Made by a program: the position numbers and the translations under genes
Source of the DNA: Candidatus Geocrenenecus huangii
Lineage (GTDB): Archaea; Thermoproteota; Nitrososphaeria_A; Caldarchaeales; Wolframiiraptoraceae
Length of the DNA stretch: 48,378 nt
Assembly (NCBI GenBank): GCA_023254095.1
Contig: JALNLM010000010.1
Location: 1-48,378, forward strand
Direction of reading: 5' to 3'
The notes under the pieces: model-generated
Seen by the model: only the letters and a program-made list of their open reading frames with translations
Database searches by the model: none
Told to the model about the DNA's origin: nothing
In this document: one piece after another, positions 1 to 9,003 of the stretch
Layout: each line of letters begins with the position of its first letter
How positions within the stretch are numbered: position 1 is the first letter of the stretch

Positions 1-147
1 CTGACGGATAAGCAGATCGAGGAAGTCTTAGAGACCACTAAAGACATACTACTAGATGATGAAACATTCTGGAGAATAGTAATGGAGACGATAGAATACT
101 CGATAAAAGACGTATTAAACATACATAGTGATTATGACGATGAATAA
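1..147 (+). CDS. 3' fragment of a hypothetical protein entering from the left edge
   Basis: Frame 1 is open from base 1 (LTDKQIEEVLETTKDILLDDETFWRIVMETIEYSIKDVLNIHSDYDDE) to TAA at 145-147; protein-like acidic, helical composition. Confidence 0.55.
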   Translation: MTDKQIEEVLETTKDILLDDETFWRIVMETIEYSIKDVLNIHSDYDDE

Positions 148-672
148 TAAACAGTATAGTTTCTTAAGTCTCGGAAACCTGTTTACAAGTTCTTCTATTT
201 TCTCTTCAGGTGGGTCAGCAACTAAAATACTGTATTTTTCTTCATTTCCTATCTCTAAAGCATCTCTCTGTTCTATCTTTACATTTTTCAGTTTGCCGAG
301 ATTCTTATAGGCTGCCTCAACATATATGTCTACAGCTTTAACATTCTTAACATTCATAATGTATGCTAGTTTCGATAAAGCTCCACTTCCACAGAATAGG
401 TCGAGCATGCTTTCAGGTTTTAGTAGAGAGAGTGTTCTTGCAAGTAGCTCCGTTATGCCTGGAGTAGGACCATAAATGTATCCATCCATGTATGGAAGCC
501 ACCTAACTTTGAGTTTACTACAGATTAGAGCTATAGGTGAGTATGGAGACAGCATACCTGAATCTATAAGCCAATCGATTCTGACACATCTCAAGGCAAG
601 TAGGAATAAGAGAAACCTCTTAAAAAACAAGATTGATACGCGGAAGACAATATGAGGAGAGACGGTGTACAA
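115..672 (-). CDS. Class I SAM-dependent methyltransferase (RsmD-like motif IV), possibly C-terminally truncated
   Basis: Motif I LDLFCGSG, acidic beta-2 VDI, motif IV-like ILVADPP. Confidence 0.7.
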   Translation of the reverse strand: MYTVSPHIVFRVSILFFKRFLLFLLALRCVRIDWLIDSGMLSPYSPIALICSKLKVRWLPYMDGYIYGPTPGITELLARTLSLLKPESMLDLFCGSGALSKLAYIMNVKNVKAVDIYVEAAYKNLGKLKNVKIEQRDALEIGNEEKYSILVADPPEEKIEELVNRFPRLKKLYCLLFIVIITMYV

Positions 673-707
673 TATCTTGAAAGTCTTAGTTTATCATTTT
701 TAGATTT

Positions 708-2117
708 TTAGACGATTTCTTGAATTGCTTGGTTTAGTTTTTCTATCCCTTCATCTATTTCATGTATCGGTTTTACCGCTGAGAGTCTCACATGCTGAGG
801 ATATTCTCCGAACCCTGAGCCGGGAGCAACTGCAACCCCATATTCTCTTAAGAGTTTCAAAGCAAAATCTGAAGAGTCTAATCCGGGGATCTTGATTCTT
901 GGGAATAGGTAGAAAGTCCCATCTGGCGGATAGACTTCTATCAAACTATTCTTCTTAAGCTTACTGTACATGTACTGAACTCTCTTCCTTATCTCGTCAA
1001 CGTTCTTTACAACGACTTCGTCATCTGTGAGAGCTTTAAGTGCAGCCCTCTGAATAAACTCTGGAATACATGTCATCATTAATCCTAGGATTTTAGCCGC
1101 TCTATCTATGAATGCTCTATCACCTACTAGATACCCTATTCTGTAGCCTGTCATCCCCCACATCTTCGAAAAAGACCCTACAAGTACGTACCCCTCATTT
1201 AGTACCTTAACTATGCTTGGAGAATACTTATCGTGAAAATAGTATCGAGAGTAGACTTCATCACTTATAATAGTTAAACCTGATCCCCTAGCTTCTTCAA
1301 CAAGATTCTTTAACTCTCTCAATGTTAAGGCCTTCCCGGTTGGGTTATTAGGATAATTTATTATCAGTATACTCGATGCAGGTGATGCATGTTTCGATAA
1401 TTCTCCAGATTTAATTATCCAGCCATCTTCAAGCCTCGTCTTTATGGGTACATATCTTCTACCAAGATGCTCAGCTATTTCTCTGTAAAGAGGCCACGCA
1501 GGCTCAGGAACTAGGACTTCACTACCTATATTAGATAATACTTGTACGGCTACATAGATTGCCATAACTCCTCCAGCAGTTATAAGTACATTTTCACTCT
1601 TGAAATCTGTTCCATATAATTCATTTAGATGCTCCGCAATGGCCTTCCTCAGCTCAGTGATGCCGTAGGATGGGAGATACCTCGACCTACCTTCTCTAAG
1701 AGCTCTACATGCTTCTTCAACAACATCTTTAGGGGCTGTGAAATCAGGTTCACCTATCTCTAACCTTATAATCTTCTTACCGGATCTCTCTAGCTCTACA
1801 GCCATGTAGAAGATCTCTCTTAAACCAACCTTCTCAACTCTTCTAGTTTTCTCCAACTGGATCTTCGTAGACTCAGAGATGAAGAATGAGATAAGCCTAC
1901 TCGTAAAATCTTTATCTAAACCTATTTCTTCAGAAATTTTTAAAGAATCGTTAAACAATTCAATTTCAACCTGTCTATCTAAGACTTCTATGCCGAGTTT
2001 CTGCTTGATCTCAGCAATCTTTAAGACAAGCTCATTCCTTCTAGCAGCAAGCATCAAGATCTCTCTAGTAACTTTCTTAACCTCTTCTCTAAGCTCCTTA
2101 AGCTCAACGCCACCCAT
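708..2117 (-). CDS. Chorismate mutase (AroQ-type) fused to class I/II PLP aminotransferase
   Basis: N-terminal LREEV...R...IAEIKQ...VLDRQVE AroQ pattern; C-terminal IGEPDF, YPNNPTG, DEVY, SFSKMWGMTGYRIG (PLP Lys). Confidence 0.85.
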   Translation of the reverse strand: MGGVELKELREEVKKVTREILMLAARRNELVLKIAEIKQKLGIEVLDRQVEIELFNDSLKISEEIGLDKDFTSRLISFFISESTKIQLEKTRRVEKVGLREIFYMAVELERSGKKIIRLEIGEPDFTAPKDVVEEACRALREGRSRYLPSYGITELRKAIAEHLNELYGTDFKSENVLITAGGVMAIYVAVQVLSNIGSEVLVPEPAWPLYREIAEHLGRRYVPIKTRLEDGWIIKSGELSKHASPASSILIINYPNNPTGKALTLRELKNLVEEARGSGLTIISDEVYSRYYFHDKYSPSIVKVLNEGYVLVGSFSKMWGMTGYRIGYLVGDRAFIDRAAKILGLMMTCIPEFIQRAALKALTDDEVVVKNVDEIRKRVQYMYSKLKKNSLIEVYPPDGTFYLFPRIKIPGLDSSDFALKLLREYGVAVAPGSGFGEYPQHVRLSAVKPIHEIDEGIEKLNQAIQEIV

Positions 2118-2387
2118 AATCTTCTACAAAGTAAATAATTCGAGATTATTAACTTCTCTTTACGCAGTCTCGATAAGATTCTGAAACTAGCCTAGATTGA
2201 TCTCTACTTCTAAAGAGGTAGAATAAGTATTAACCTAGGAAAATGATGCCTTTCCAAGAATATTTAAATGAAGAATCTTTAGTTATTCTCAAGACTTTTT
2301 TAAGATTTTCAAGATAAAAGCCTCATTTCTTAAGAATTTATAGAAATCTATTTATAATGGTTTTAAGTTTTTTGGGTTCAAGAAGAA

Positions 2388-3233
2388 ATGACGATACTAG
2401 AAGTTATCGTGGATGTGGTGAGGCTTGAAGAGAAACTCATCATAAATAGTTTGAGAGAAAATGGCTTAGAGGTATTACTGACCAACTTGAAAACAGATCC
2501 ACTATCGTGGGTTGTAGATGAAGATATAGCGATTTCGATTATTAGACCTATCTCAATGTATAGAGCTGTCTACTCTGCATCTATAAGAGAATCAATGAAT
2601 GTTCAGACGATAAATAATTCTTCTTCAATAATGATTTCAGGAGACAAGATCTTAACTCTCTCCAAGCTTAAAGCTCTCAATATATCCTTTCCTCAAACAT
2701 GTATAGCATTCACTAGTAGTGCAGTCTTAAAAGCAGTAGAGAAGATTGGTTTTCCTCTAGTAGATAAACCTCCGGTTGGAAGCTGGGGGAGGCTTGTAAC
2801 ACTAGTTCAAGATATGCACGTTCTAAAGAGTATAATAGAGCATAGAGATATGTTGCCGAGCCAAACTACGAAAACCCACATAATACAAAAATACGTAAAA
2901 GATAGTAGGAAAGATATAAGGGTTCTAACTCTGCCTAACCAGATCATTGGTGCAGTGGTAAGAAGACCAGGTAATGGAGAGTGGAGATGTAATGTAGCAT
3001 TAGGAGGTAGAACTGAACCATACAGGGTAGATGGCGAACTCGAAGAATTAACATGCAAAGTAGCTGAAACAATCGGAGGAGAGTTCATAGCAGTAGATGT
3101 ATTCCAAGAAGATGGGAGATACCTTGTCAACGAAGTTAATGGGGTTCCAGAGTTCAAAGGATTCATGACTGCAACAAAAATAAACGTACCACAAATACTG
3201 GCCAGACACATTAAGGAGAAGATCAAGAAATAA
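2388..3233 (+). CDS. argX: Glutamate--LysW ligase (ATP-grasp, RimK/LysX family)
   Basis: KPPVGSWGR; WRCNVALGG and EVNGVPEFKGF are ArgX-type (NVA / GF) signatures. Confidence 0.8.
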   Translation: MTILEVIVDVVRLEEKLIINSLRENGLEVLLTNLKTDPLSWVVDEDIAISIIRPISMYRAVYSASIRESMNVQTINNSSSIMISGDKILTLSKLKALNISFPQTCIAFTSSAVLKAVEKIGFPLVDKPPVGSWGRLVTLVQDMHVLKSIIEHRDMLPSQTTKTHIIQKYVKDSRKDIRVLTLPNQIIGAVVRRPGNGEWRCNVALGGRTEPYRVDGELEELTCKVAETIGGEFIAVDVFQEDGRYLVNEVNGVPEFKGFMTATKINVPQILARHIKEKIKK

Positions 3234-3395
3234 TCTTTTGGGCTCAAGCAGATTGAAAACTATCTTGGACAAGACTCCTTAATCACGCATTTTCCAACTA
3301 TGAGGAAAAGGTATCTGGTTACGACTTAACTCGATCACTATATCTCTAACTAATCTTATATATGCCTCCACCCCCTCTAATCGTAGTGTAGACCG

Positions 3396-3503
3396 ATGGT
3401 TAATGAAAAACGGTATAAAGAAGAATTAATTAATGCTGTTATCTATTTTGAGTTTATAGGTCCAAAGAAGAAAAAGAAGAAACGTAGGTCCGTAAATTGT
3501 TAA
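3396..3503 (+). CDS. Possible 35-aa basic small protein
   Basis: ATG 3396 to TAA 3503: MVNEKRYKEELINAVIYFEFIGPKKKKKKRRSVNC; TTATATAT at ~3356-3363 upstream. Confidence 0.25.
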   Translation: MVNEKRYKEELINAVIYFEFIGPKKKKKKRRSVNC

Positions 3504-3516
3504 ACAGGTTTATGGA

Positions 3517-4569
3517 CTAGATCGGTCTTAGAGGTGGAGTATCTATTCCCATTTTTTCATCAAGCTTCAACATGATATTCATGCATTGAACGGCCTGGCC
3601 AGCTGCGCCTTTAACTAGGTTATCTATTGCGCAGAAAGCTATGGCTCCTACGTCTTGGTAGGGTACAGCTTTAACGTCGGCATAATTAGACCCTAGCACG
3701 TTAGTGGGGTCGGGATACTTGAATAGCCCCTCGCCTACTATTCTTATAAATGGTTCGCCGCCGTATCTTTTCGCATATATTCTCCTGAGAATATTATCGT
3801 CGATTTTTTGTTGGGTTAACCATGTATGGCATGTAGCTAGAGAACCTCTTACCGCTCCAACCGCATGAGGTACAAATATTATCTTTACTTTTCTTCTTGA
3901 AAGGAGCTCCAGCTCTTGTATTATCTCAGCAACATGTCTATGTCCTTCTACACTATACGGTCTCATAACATTAGCTCTCTCTGGATGATGTGTCCCCGGA
4001 TTTGGTCTCCGTCCAGCCTCACTACTACCAACCTTAACGTCTACTACTATCCGTTCTAGATCGATAATGTTTGATTCAACTAGAGGGGTCAATGCAAGAA
4101 TAGATGATGTTGCATTACATCCGGGGCATGCGACGAGATTCGCATTTCTTATCTCTTCTCTATGTAGTTCAGGTAAACCGTAGACAGCTCTATCGAGAAG
4201 GTCTAAAGCTTCATGCTTCATCCCATACCATGCTTCATAATCTTGGGGGTTCCTAAGCCTAAAATCTGGACTAAGATCAATAATCTTCAACCCGCTCTCT
4301 AAAAGCCTAGGCGTAATCTTCTGGGAAATCCCTGAAGGCGTATTTACGAATACGAGATCGCATCTTGATGTTAACTCATCTATTGATACATTTGAAAACT
4401 TAAGATCAGGATAGTACCTCCTTAAGTTTATGTGAACATAGGATATAGGCTTTCCTGCAAATTCTCTAGATGTGGCCACGTTTACTTTAACTTCTGGATG
4501 GATTGACAATATCCTTAATAGTTCTCCTCCAGTGTATCCGCTTGCACCAACTACTCCAACCCGAATCAT
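3517..4569 (-). CDS. lysY: [LysW]-aminoadipyl/glutamyl-phosphate reductase (ArgC family)
   Basis: VGASGYTG Rossmann motif, DLSPDFRL, ACPGCNAT catalytic Cys, DNLVKGAAGQAVQ; start moved to ATG 4569 (MIRV). Confidence 0.92.
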   Translation of the reverse strand: MIRVGVVGASGYTGGELLRILSIHPEVKVNVATSREFAGKPISYVHINLRRYYPDLKFSNVSIDELTSRCDLVFVNTPSGISQKITPRLLESGLKIIDLSPDFRLRNPQDYEAWYGMKHEALDLLDRAVYGLPELHREEIRNANLVACPGCNATSSILALTPLVESNIIDLERIVVDVKVGSSEAGRRPNPGTHHPERANVMRPYSVEGHRHVAEIIQELELLSRRKVKIIFVPHAVGAVRGSLATCHTWLTQQKIDDNILRRIYAKRYGGEPFIRIVGEGLFKYPDPTNVLGSNYADVKAVPYQDVGAIAFCAIDNLVKGAAGQAVQCMNIMLKLDEKMGIDTPPLRPI

Positions 4570-4713
4570 CGGAAAGCCTATAAGGTTAGCCATATTTCAG
4601 GCTTACCTTACCGACAAGGCATCGCTGAATAAATAGGAAACAGTGAGAATCAGTAAATTCCATTAATGGGGAATAGAGTTAATATGCGGGCTTCAATTAA
4701 TCATGTAAAGGCC

Positions 4714-5520
4714 ATGACCTTAATAGTTGTGAAAGCCGGCGGAAGAGCACTTGAACAGAATATCGATAACATATTGAAGAGTATTGCTGTCAGAGCTGCT
4801 AAAGGATTGAAGATGATCTTCGTTCACGGGGGAGGAGACACTGTATCTAGGTATGAAACGCTGATGGGTATAGAACCGAGATTCGTCATCTCTCCTCAGG
4901 GTATAAGGAGTAGGTATACTGATGAGAAAGAGTTAGAAGTCTATGTAATGGTTATGGCAGGGAAGATAAATAAAGAGATAGTCGCTAAGTTGAACATCTT
5001 TGGAGTAAAAGCTATAGGGTTGACGGGCGTAGATGCAGGATTCATGAAGGCAGAAAGAAAGAAGAAAATAGTAATCCTAGATGAAAATAACAGGAAAAAG
5101 ATTATACCTGGCGGATATACGGGAATGATTAAGGAAGTCAATGCAGTTCTCCTCACAACGCTCGTTGATAAAGGATATCTACCTGTTATAGCGCCTATAG
5201 CATTTGGAGAAGAAGGAGAATTACTAAACGTAGACGCCGACCAAGCAGCTGCAAAGATCGCCGAATCTATCCCCGCCGAAAAACTACTCATACTAACAGA
5301 CGTCGAAGGAGTATTGATCGAAGATAAACTAGTAAAGAGGATAACGCTAGAAGAGGTGGATACTTTGAAAACGAGGATAGGTTTCGGGATGAATAGGAAA
5401 GTGTTAATGTGTGCTAGCGTAGTACAAACGGGTGTAAGAGAATCAATAATTTCTTCAGGGTTAATAGGAGACCCGTTGAAGGCATTAGAGGATGATCTGG
5501 GCACAAAGATTACCTTGTAG
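4714..5520 (+). CDS. lysZ: [LysW]-aminoadipate/glutamate kinase (ArgB family)
   Basis: VVKAGG, VHGGG, SRYTD, GGYTG, LNVDAD, GMNRK; start moved to ATG 4714. Confidence 0.92.
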   Translation: MTLIVVKAGGRALEQNIDNILKSIAVRAAKGLKMIFVHGGGDTVSRYETLMGIEPRFVISPQGIRSRYTDEKELEVYVMVMAGKINKEIVAKLNIFGVKAIGLTGVDAGFMKAERKKKIVILDENNRKKIIPGGYTGMIKEVNAVLLTTLVDKGYLPVIAPIAFGEEGELLNVDADQAAAKIAESIPAEKLLILTDVEGVLIEDKLVKRITLEEVDTLKTRIGFGMNRKVLMCASVVQTGVRESIISSGLIGDPLKALEDDLGTKITL

Positions 5521-5610
5521 CTTCTAAAGTCTCGAAGATGCTCTTCAGCAATGAAAGAATTAATCAATTAAAGGAGTATGGCCCCTCTTGATTGTTGTTA
5601 ACGGAGTCTT

Positions 5611-7170
5611 CTAGCTTGTAGGTGGACTGTTTCTTATAGTTGGTGTCGCCTGTGCTTGGATAGGTGTTAGGCCTAGTTTTCTCTCAATTGTTTTTCCTTT
5701 CCATTCTGCATATTTTATAAAGGTCCTGAGTAGGATTTTTAAGGGAGCCGATGTAGGTTTATTCAAGTAGAATTTGTTTATTATTTCTTCTGCCCAATAT
5801 ATGGAATGCCATAAGCATCTTCTCATAACTTCAACATGTTCACTCGTTATCTTAACATCCGTAAACCAACTCTCATTCTTCAATATTCCCATCGGGACGA
5901 AGAACATAGGGACTATCAAAGACCTGTATGGTCTAAGCCTATCGATTAATTCAATTGTCTGGACTAAGTCTTCAGGTTTTTCGTCAGGTAAGCCGAGAAT
6001 AATCGTAGCGGCTGGTATAATATTGTTCTCATGCATTATCATGAAGGCCTCTTCAACTACCTGGGGCCAAGACTCTGCAGGATATGGGAGAGACTTTGCA
6101 GGCATGATCTTCTTAGCGAGCCTAAGAGATCCGGTCTCCAATCCAACTTCTACTCCCAGATATTTCTGGACTCCATTACTCTTAACGATCTCCATAATCT
6201 TTGAGATTAGCTTGTATTCTTTTTCAGCGTTTGTTATTGCTGCAAGGCTTGCATGACTCCAAGCAATTTCTTTAAGATGTTTTCTCGCAACTTGGTGAAG
6301 TTTTATCAAGGCATCAGGATTTAGTTTTATTCCATTTGCACCATATAGTAGCACGTCTTCAGAGTGGAGTATTCCATTCTTAACACCTTGCTCAACATTA
6401 ACCATAATCTCTTTCTCGATCTTTTCTAGGGGGATATGTCTTAGGCTTCTAAGGGTTACCGAGCAGAATCTGCATCCTCTAGGGCATCCGCGCATAATCT
6501 CGATGAGCCCATTTATACTTGCATACTTTATCAGAGGGATCTCATCTATTGTTGGAACATCTCTGGGACCAACGAAGACGTATTTTGGAAGAGGCTCACC
6601 ATCAAAGACCTTCCTTACAAGGTCTAATGTTATTCTCTCTCCTTCTCCATCTACTACTGTATCTATCATCCACCTAGACCATAAATCTAGTTTATAGAAC
6701 CACTGCCATGCCGAGGGTCCTCCAGCAATAATCTTCAACCCTTTCTTTTTAGCTTCATCAAGTGGAAGCCCCTCCATGAATTTTTTGAAGCTCCTAACGT
6801 TTACAGGCTCCTTTTTGGTTATGATCCACCATTCACTACTCGGCGGGCAAAGAGCGAAGTAGTCATGATGGCTTAACATCAGGATCTTCGCATCCATCAG
6901 ATATTTTCTCACATGATCTGGGTCTATTACTGCAGCATTATATCCATGATTTAATAGTAATGCTTCAAGCTTTCTCAAAGCGTAAGGTGCTTGCCACGGT
7001 CTTCCTTTCTCGTCAGTCTTCATTTTAGGTGCAGCTATCCACATCCATAGATTTTCAGGCATACCTATAGGTGGACCCGTGGCCATGAATCCTAGAAACT
7101 CTTTGCCATGATGGTTTGACATCATCGTTCTATCCGTTGTCAAAATTATGTCTATCTTTTCGGAGGCCAC
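5611..7170 (-). CDS. B12-binding-type radical SAM enzyme, GDGT ring synthase (GrsA/GrsB)-like
   Basis: CPRGCRFC cluster motif; N-terminal ILTTDRTMMSNHHGKEFLGF, QAPYALRKLEA, GGPSAWQW, VGLETGS and IVPMFFVPMG match my recollection of Sulfolobales Grs proteins. Confidence 0.7.
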   Translation of the reverse strand: MASEKIDIILTTDRTMMSNHHGKEFLGFMATGPPIGMPENLWMWIAAPKMKTDEKGRPWQAPYALRKLEALLLNHGYNAAVIDPDHVRKYLMDAKILMLSHHDYFALCPPSSEWWIITKKEPVNVRSFKKFMEGLPLDEAKKKGLKIIAGGPSAWQWFYKLDLWSRWMIDTVVDGEGERITLDLVRKVFDGEPLPKYVFVGPRDVPTIDEIPLIKYASINGLIEIMRGCPRGCRFCSVTLRSLRHIPLEKIEKEIMVNVEQGVKNGILHSEDVLLYGANGIKLNPDALIKLHQVARKHLKEIAWSHASLAAITNAEKEYKLISKIMEIVKSNGVQKYLGVEVGLETGSLRLAKKIMPAKSLPYPAESWPQVVEEAFMIMHENNIIPAATIILGLPDEKPEDLVQTIELIDRLRPYRSLIVPMFFVPMGILKNESWFTDVKITSEHVEVMRRCLWHSIYWAEEIINKFYLNKPTSAPLKILLRTFIKYAEWKGKTIERKLGLTPIQAQATPTIRNSPPTS

Positions 7171-7173
7171 ATA

Positions 7174-7521
7174 CTACACCTCCATGATTTTTACCTTCGT
7201 GTTAAGCGGGATCTGCAAGTCTACCTTATTCTTTATCAATGTGATTTCTTCCTCAGCTGCCTCTACATCTCTCTTCAAGTCTTCTATCGGCCTCGCCTCT
7301 ACCAATATACTAAGACTAGTATTCTGTAAAAGTATTCTTCTGACATGGACCATATATGATAGATCGTCCACATTCTCGAGATAGAATCTTAACCTAATTC
7401 TCATCTCTGCTTTAGAATGATAGTCGAGCAAGCATTCGATTATTCTATCTACTCCTTCTTCACTTACTTCTCCGACGTACCAGATATCGTGGAATCTCTG
7501 ACCTAGCATCGTCTCTGGCAT
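7174..7521 (-). CDS. Hypothetical 115-aa alpha/beta protein, co-transcribed with the Grs-like gene
   Basis: Intact ORF ending 3 bp before the rSAM start; its last codons carry GGAGGTG as a ribosome-binding site for the next gene. Confidence 0.7.
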   Translation of the reverse strand: MPETMLGQRFHDIWYVGEVSEEGVDRIIECLLDYHSKAEMRIRLRFYLENVDDLSYMVHVRRILLQNTSLSILVEARPIEDLKRDVEAAEEEITLIKNKVDLQIPLNTKVKIMEV

Positions 7522-7738
7522 ACTCTCTTCTACTTGGAGAAGTCTTAGTAGCAGTCTATAAAATTTTACTTACTCTTACCCTGCGATAAATATATGCTGT
7601 TGAATCATGTAAAATCTAGAAAGAATTTGCTAACCTATTTCTCAAAATTTAGCCAATGACGTGAGGGGGTTCACTCGATCAGGTCGATACAGTTATATAT
7701 CTCTATATGCTACAGTTTGTTTTCAGGGGTTGAATGAT

Positions 7739-7915
7739 ATGAAGAAACTAGAATGCCCTGTATGTGGTGGACATCTAGAAGTACCTGATGATGCTGTTTC
7801 GGGAGAGCTGTTTGAACATGATGAATGCGGTGCTCAGCTAGAACTTGAAGTAGATGAAAACGGAGACTACAAGCTTAAGGAAGCTGAAGAGATCTCAGAA
7901 GATTGGGGAGAATAA
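7739..7915 (+). CDS. lysW: Amino-group carrier protein LysW
   Basis: 58 aa, CPVC...HDEC Zn ribbon, acidic, C-terminal EDWGE; start moved to ATG 7739. Confidence 0.96.
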   Translation: MKKLECPVCGGHLEVPDDAVSGELFEHDECGAQLELEVDENGDYKLKEAEEISEDWGE

Positions 7916-8091
7916 ATAAACACTCTGGGTAGATATTCATTATCTATTTTCGTGGTTAGGTTTATACGAAAAAAGTAAAAAATATTCATTAAACGAAATA
8001 ATTCGAACGATATGTATACTAGATTTTGCAGATTTCGTATGTAATTCTGAATAGATTTATTAGATTCACAGTATATATGCTTTTAGCATAA

Positions 8092-8940
8092 ATGAAAGTC
8101 GGTGTAGCGTACGACGTCATCAGATGGGAGGAAAGAGCAATCATAGAAGCGATAAAGAAACTTGGACATGATGTTAGACCTATACAGGTAAACAAGAAGA
8201 TTTTCTGGTTGACTGGAGTGAATGGGTTCAGCGAGCTAGATTTTGTAATCCAGCGATGTGTAAGCTTCTATCGAGCATTAGCCTCTACGGCAATATTCGA
8301 AGAACAAGGTACAACGGTAGTAAACAGCTTCAATGTTATAAGAGATTGTGAAGATAAACTGTATACAACGTTGAAGCTTGCTAGAAACAGTATCCCTGTT
8401 CCTAGAACCGCGGTATCTTTTAGTAGGGAAGGATGTGTGAATGTTGCAGAGGAATTAGGCTACCCGCTTGTCGTTAAACCTATCTATGGTAGCTGGGGTA
8501 GGATGGTGAGCAGAGCATTAGATAAAGACAGCTTACTCGAAATCATAGAATTCAGAGAGTACATGCAGAGCCCATACTTCAAAGTCCACTACCTACAGGA
8601 ATACGTAGATAAACCGAACAGAGATATTAGAGCATTCTATTTCTGGGGCGAGGTCCCAGCAGCGATATACAGGGTCAGCAGTAGTTGGAAGACTAATACA
8701 GCGTTAGGCGGGGTTGCCGTAGAAGCAGAGCTTGACGATGAATTAAGCGAGATCGTGAAGAAGTCTGGAGAAGTTATGGGTGGAGGGGTTCTGGGAATCG
8801 ACATACTTGAATCAAGAAATGAGAGATACCTAGTGAGCGAGGTAAACGCTATACCTGAGTTCAGGAATACCGTCAGGGTAACAGGTAAAGACTTAGCTAA
8901 GATAATGATAGAAACGACCATCAATAACATCAAAAAATAG
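8092..8940 (+). CDS. lysX: Alpha-aminoadipate--LysW ligase
   Basis: IRWEE, KPIYGSWGR, WKTNTALGG and EVNAIPEFRNT are LysX-type (NTA / NT) signatures; follows lysW. Confidence 0.88.
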   Translation: MKVGVAYDVIRWEERAIIEAIKKLGHDVRPIQVNKKIFWLTGVNGFSELDFVIQRCVSFYRALASTAIFEEQGTTVVNSFNVIRDCEDKLYTTLKLARNSIPVPRTAVSFSREGCVNVAEELGYPLVVKPIYGSWGRMVSRALDKDSLLEIIEFREYMQSPYFKVHYLQEYVDKPNRDIRAFYFWGEVPAAIYRVSSSWKTNTALGGVAVEAELDDELSEIVKKSGEVMGGGVLGIDILESRNERYLVSEVNAIPEFRNTVRVTGKDLAKIMIETTINNIKK

Positions 8941-9003
8941 TACAAGGTTATTCATGTTAACGTAAGCCATAAAATCGTCAAGTTACTTATGATTTGAGTA
9001 GAA

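Noticed and set aside
2203-2222. TCTACTTC-TAAA-GAGGTAGA inverted repeat in a divergent promoter
   Set aside because: Single imperfect instance, not repeated at other lys/arg promoters
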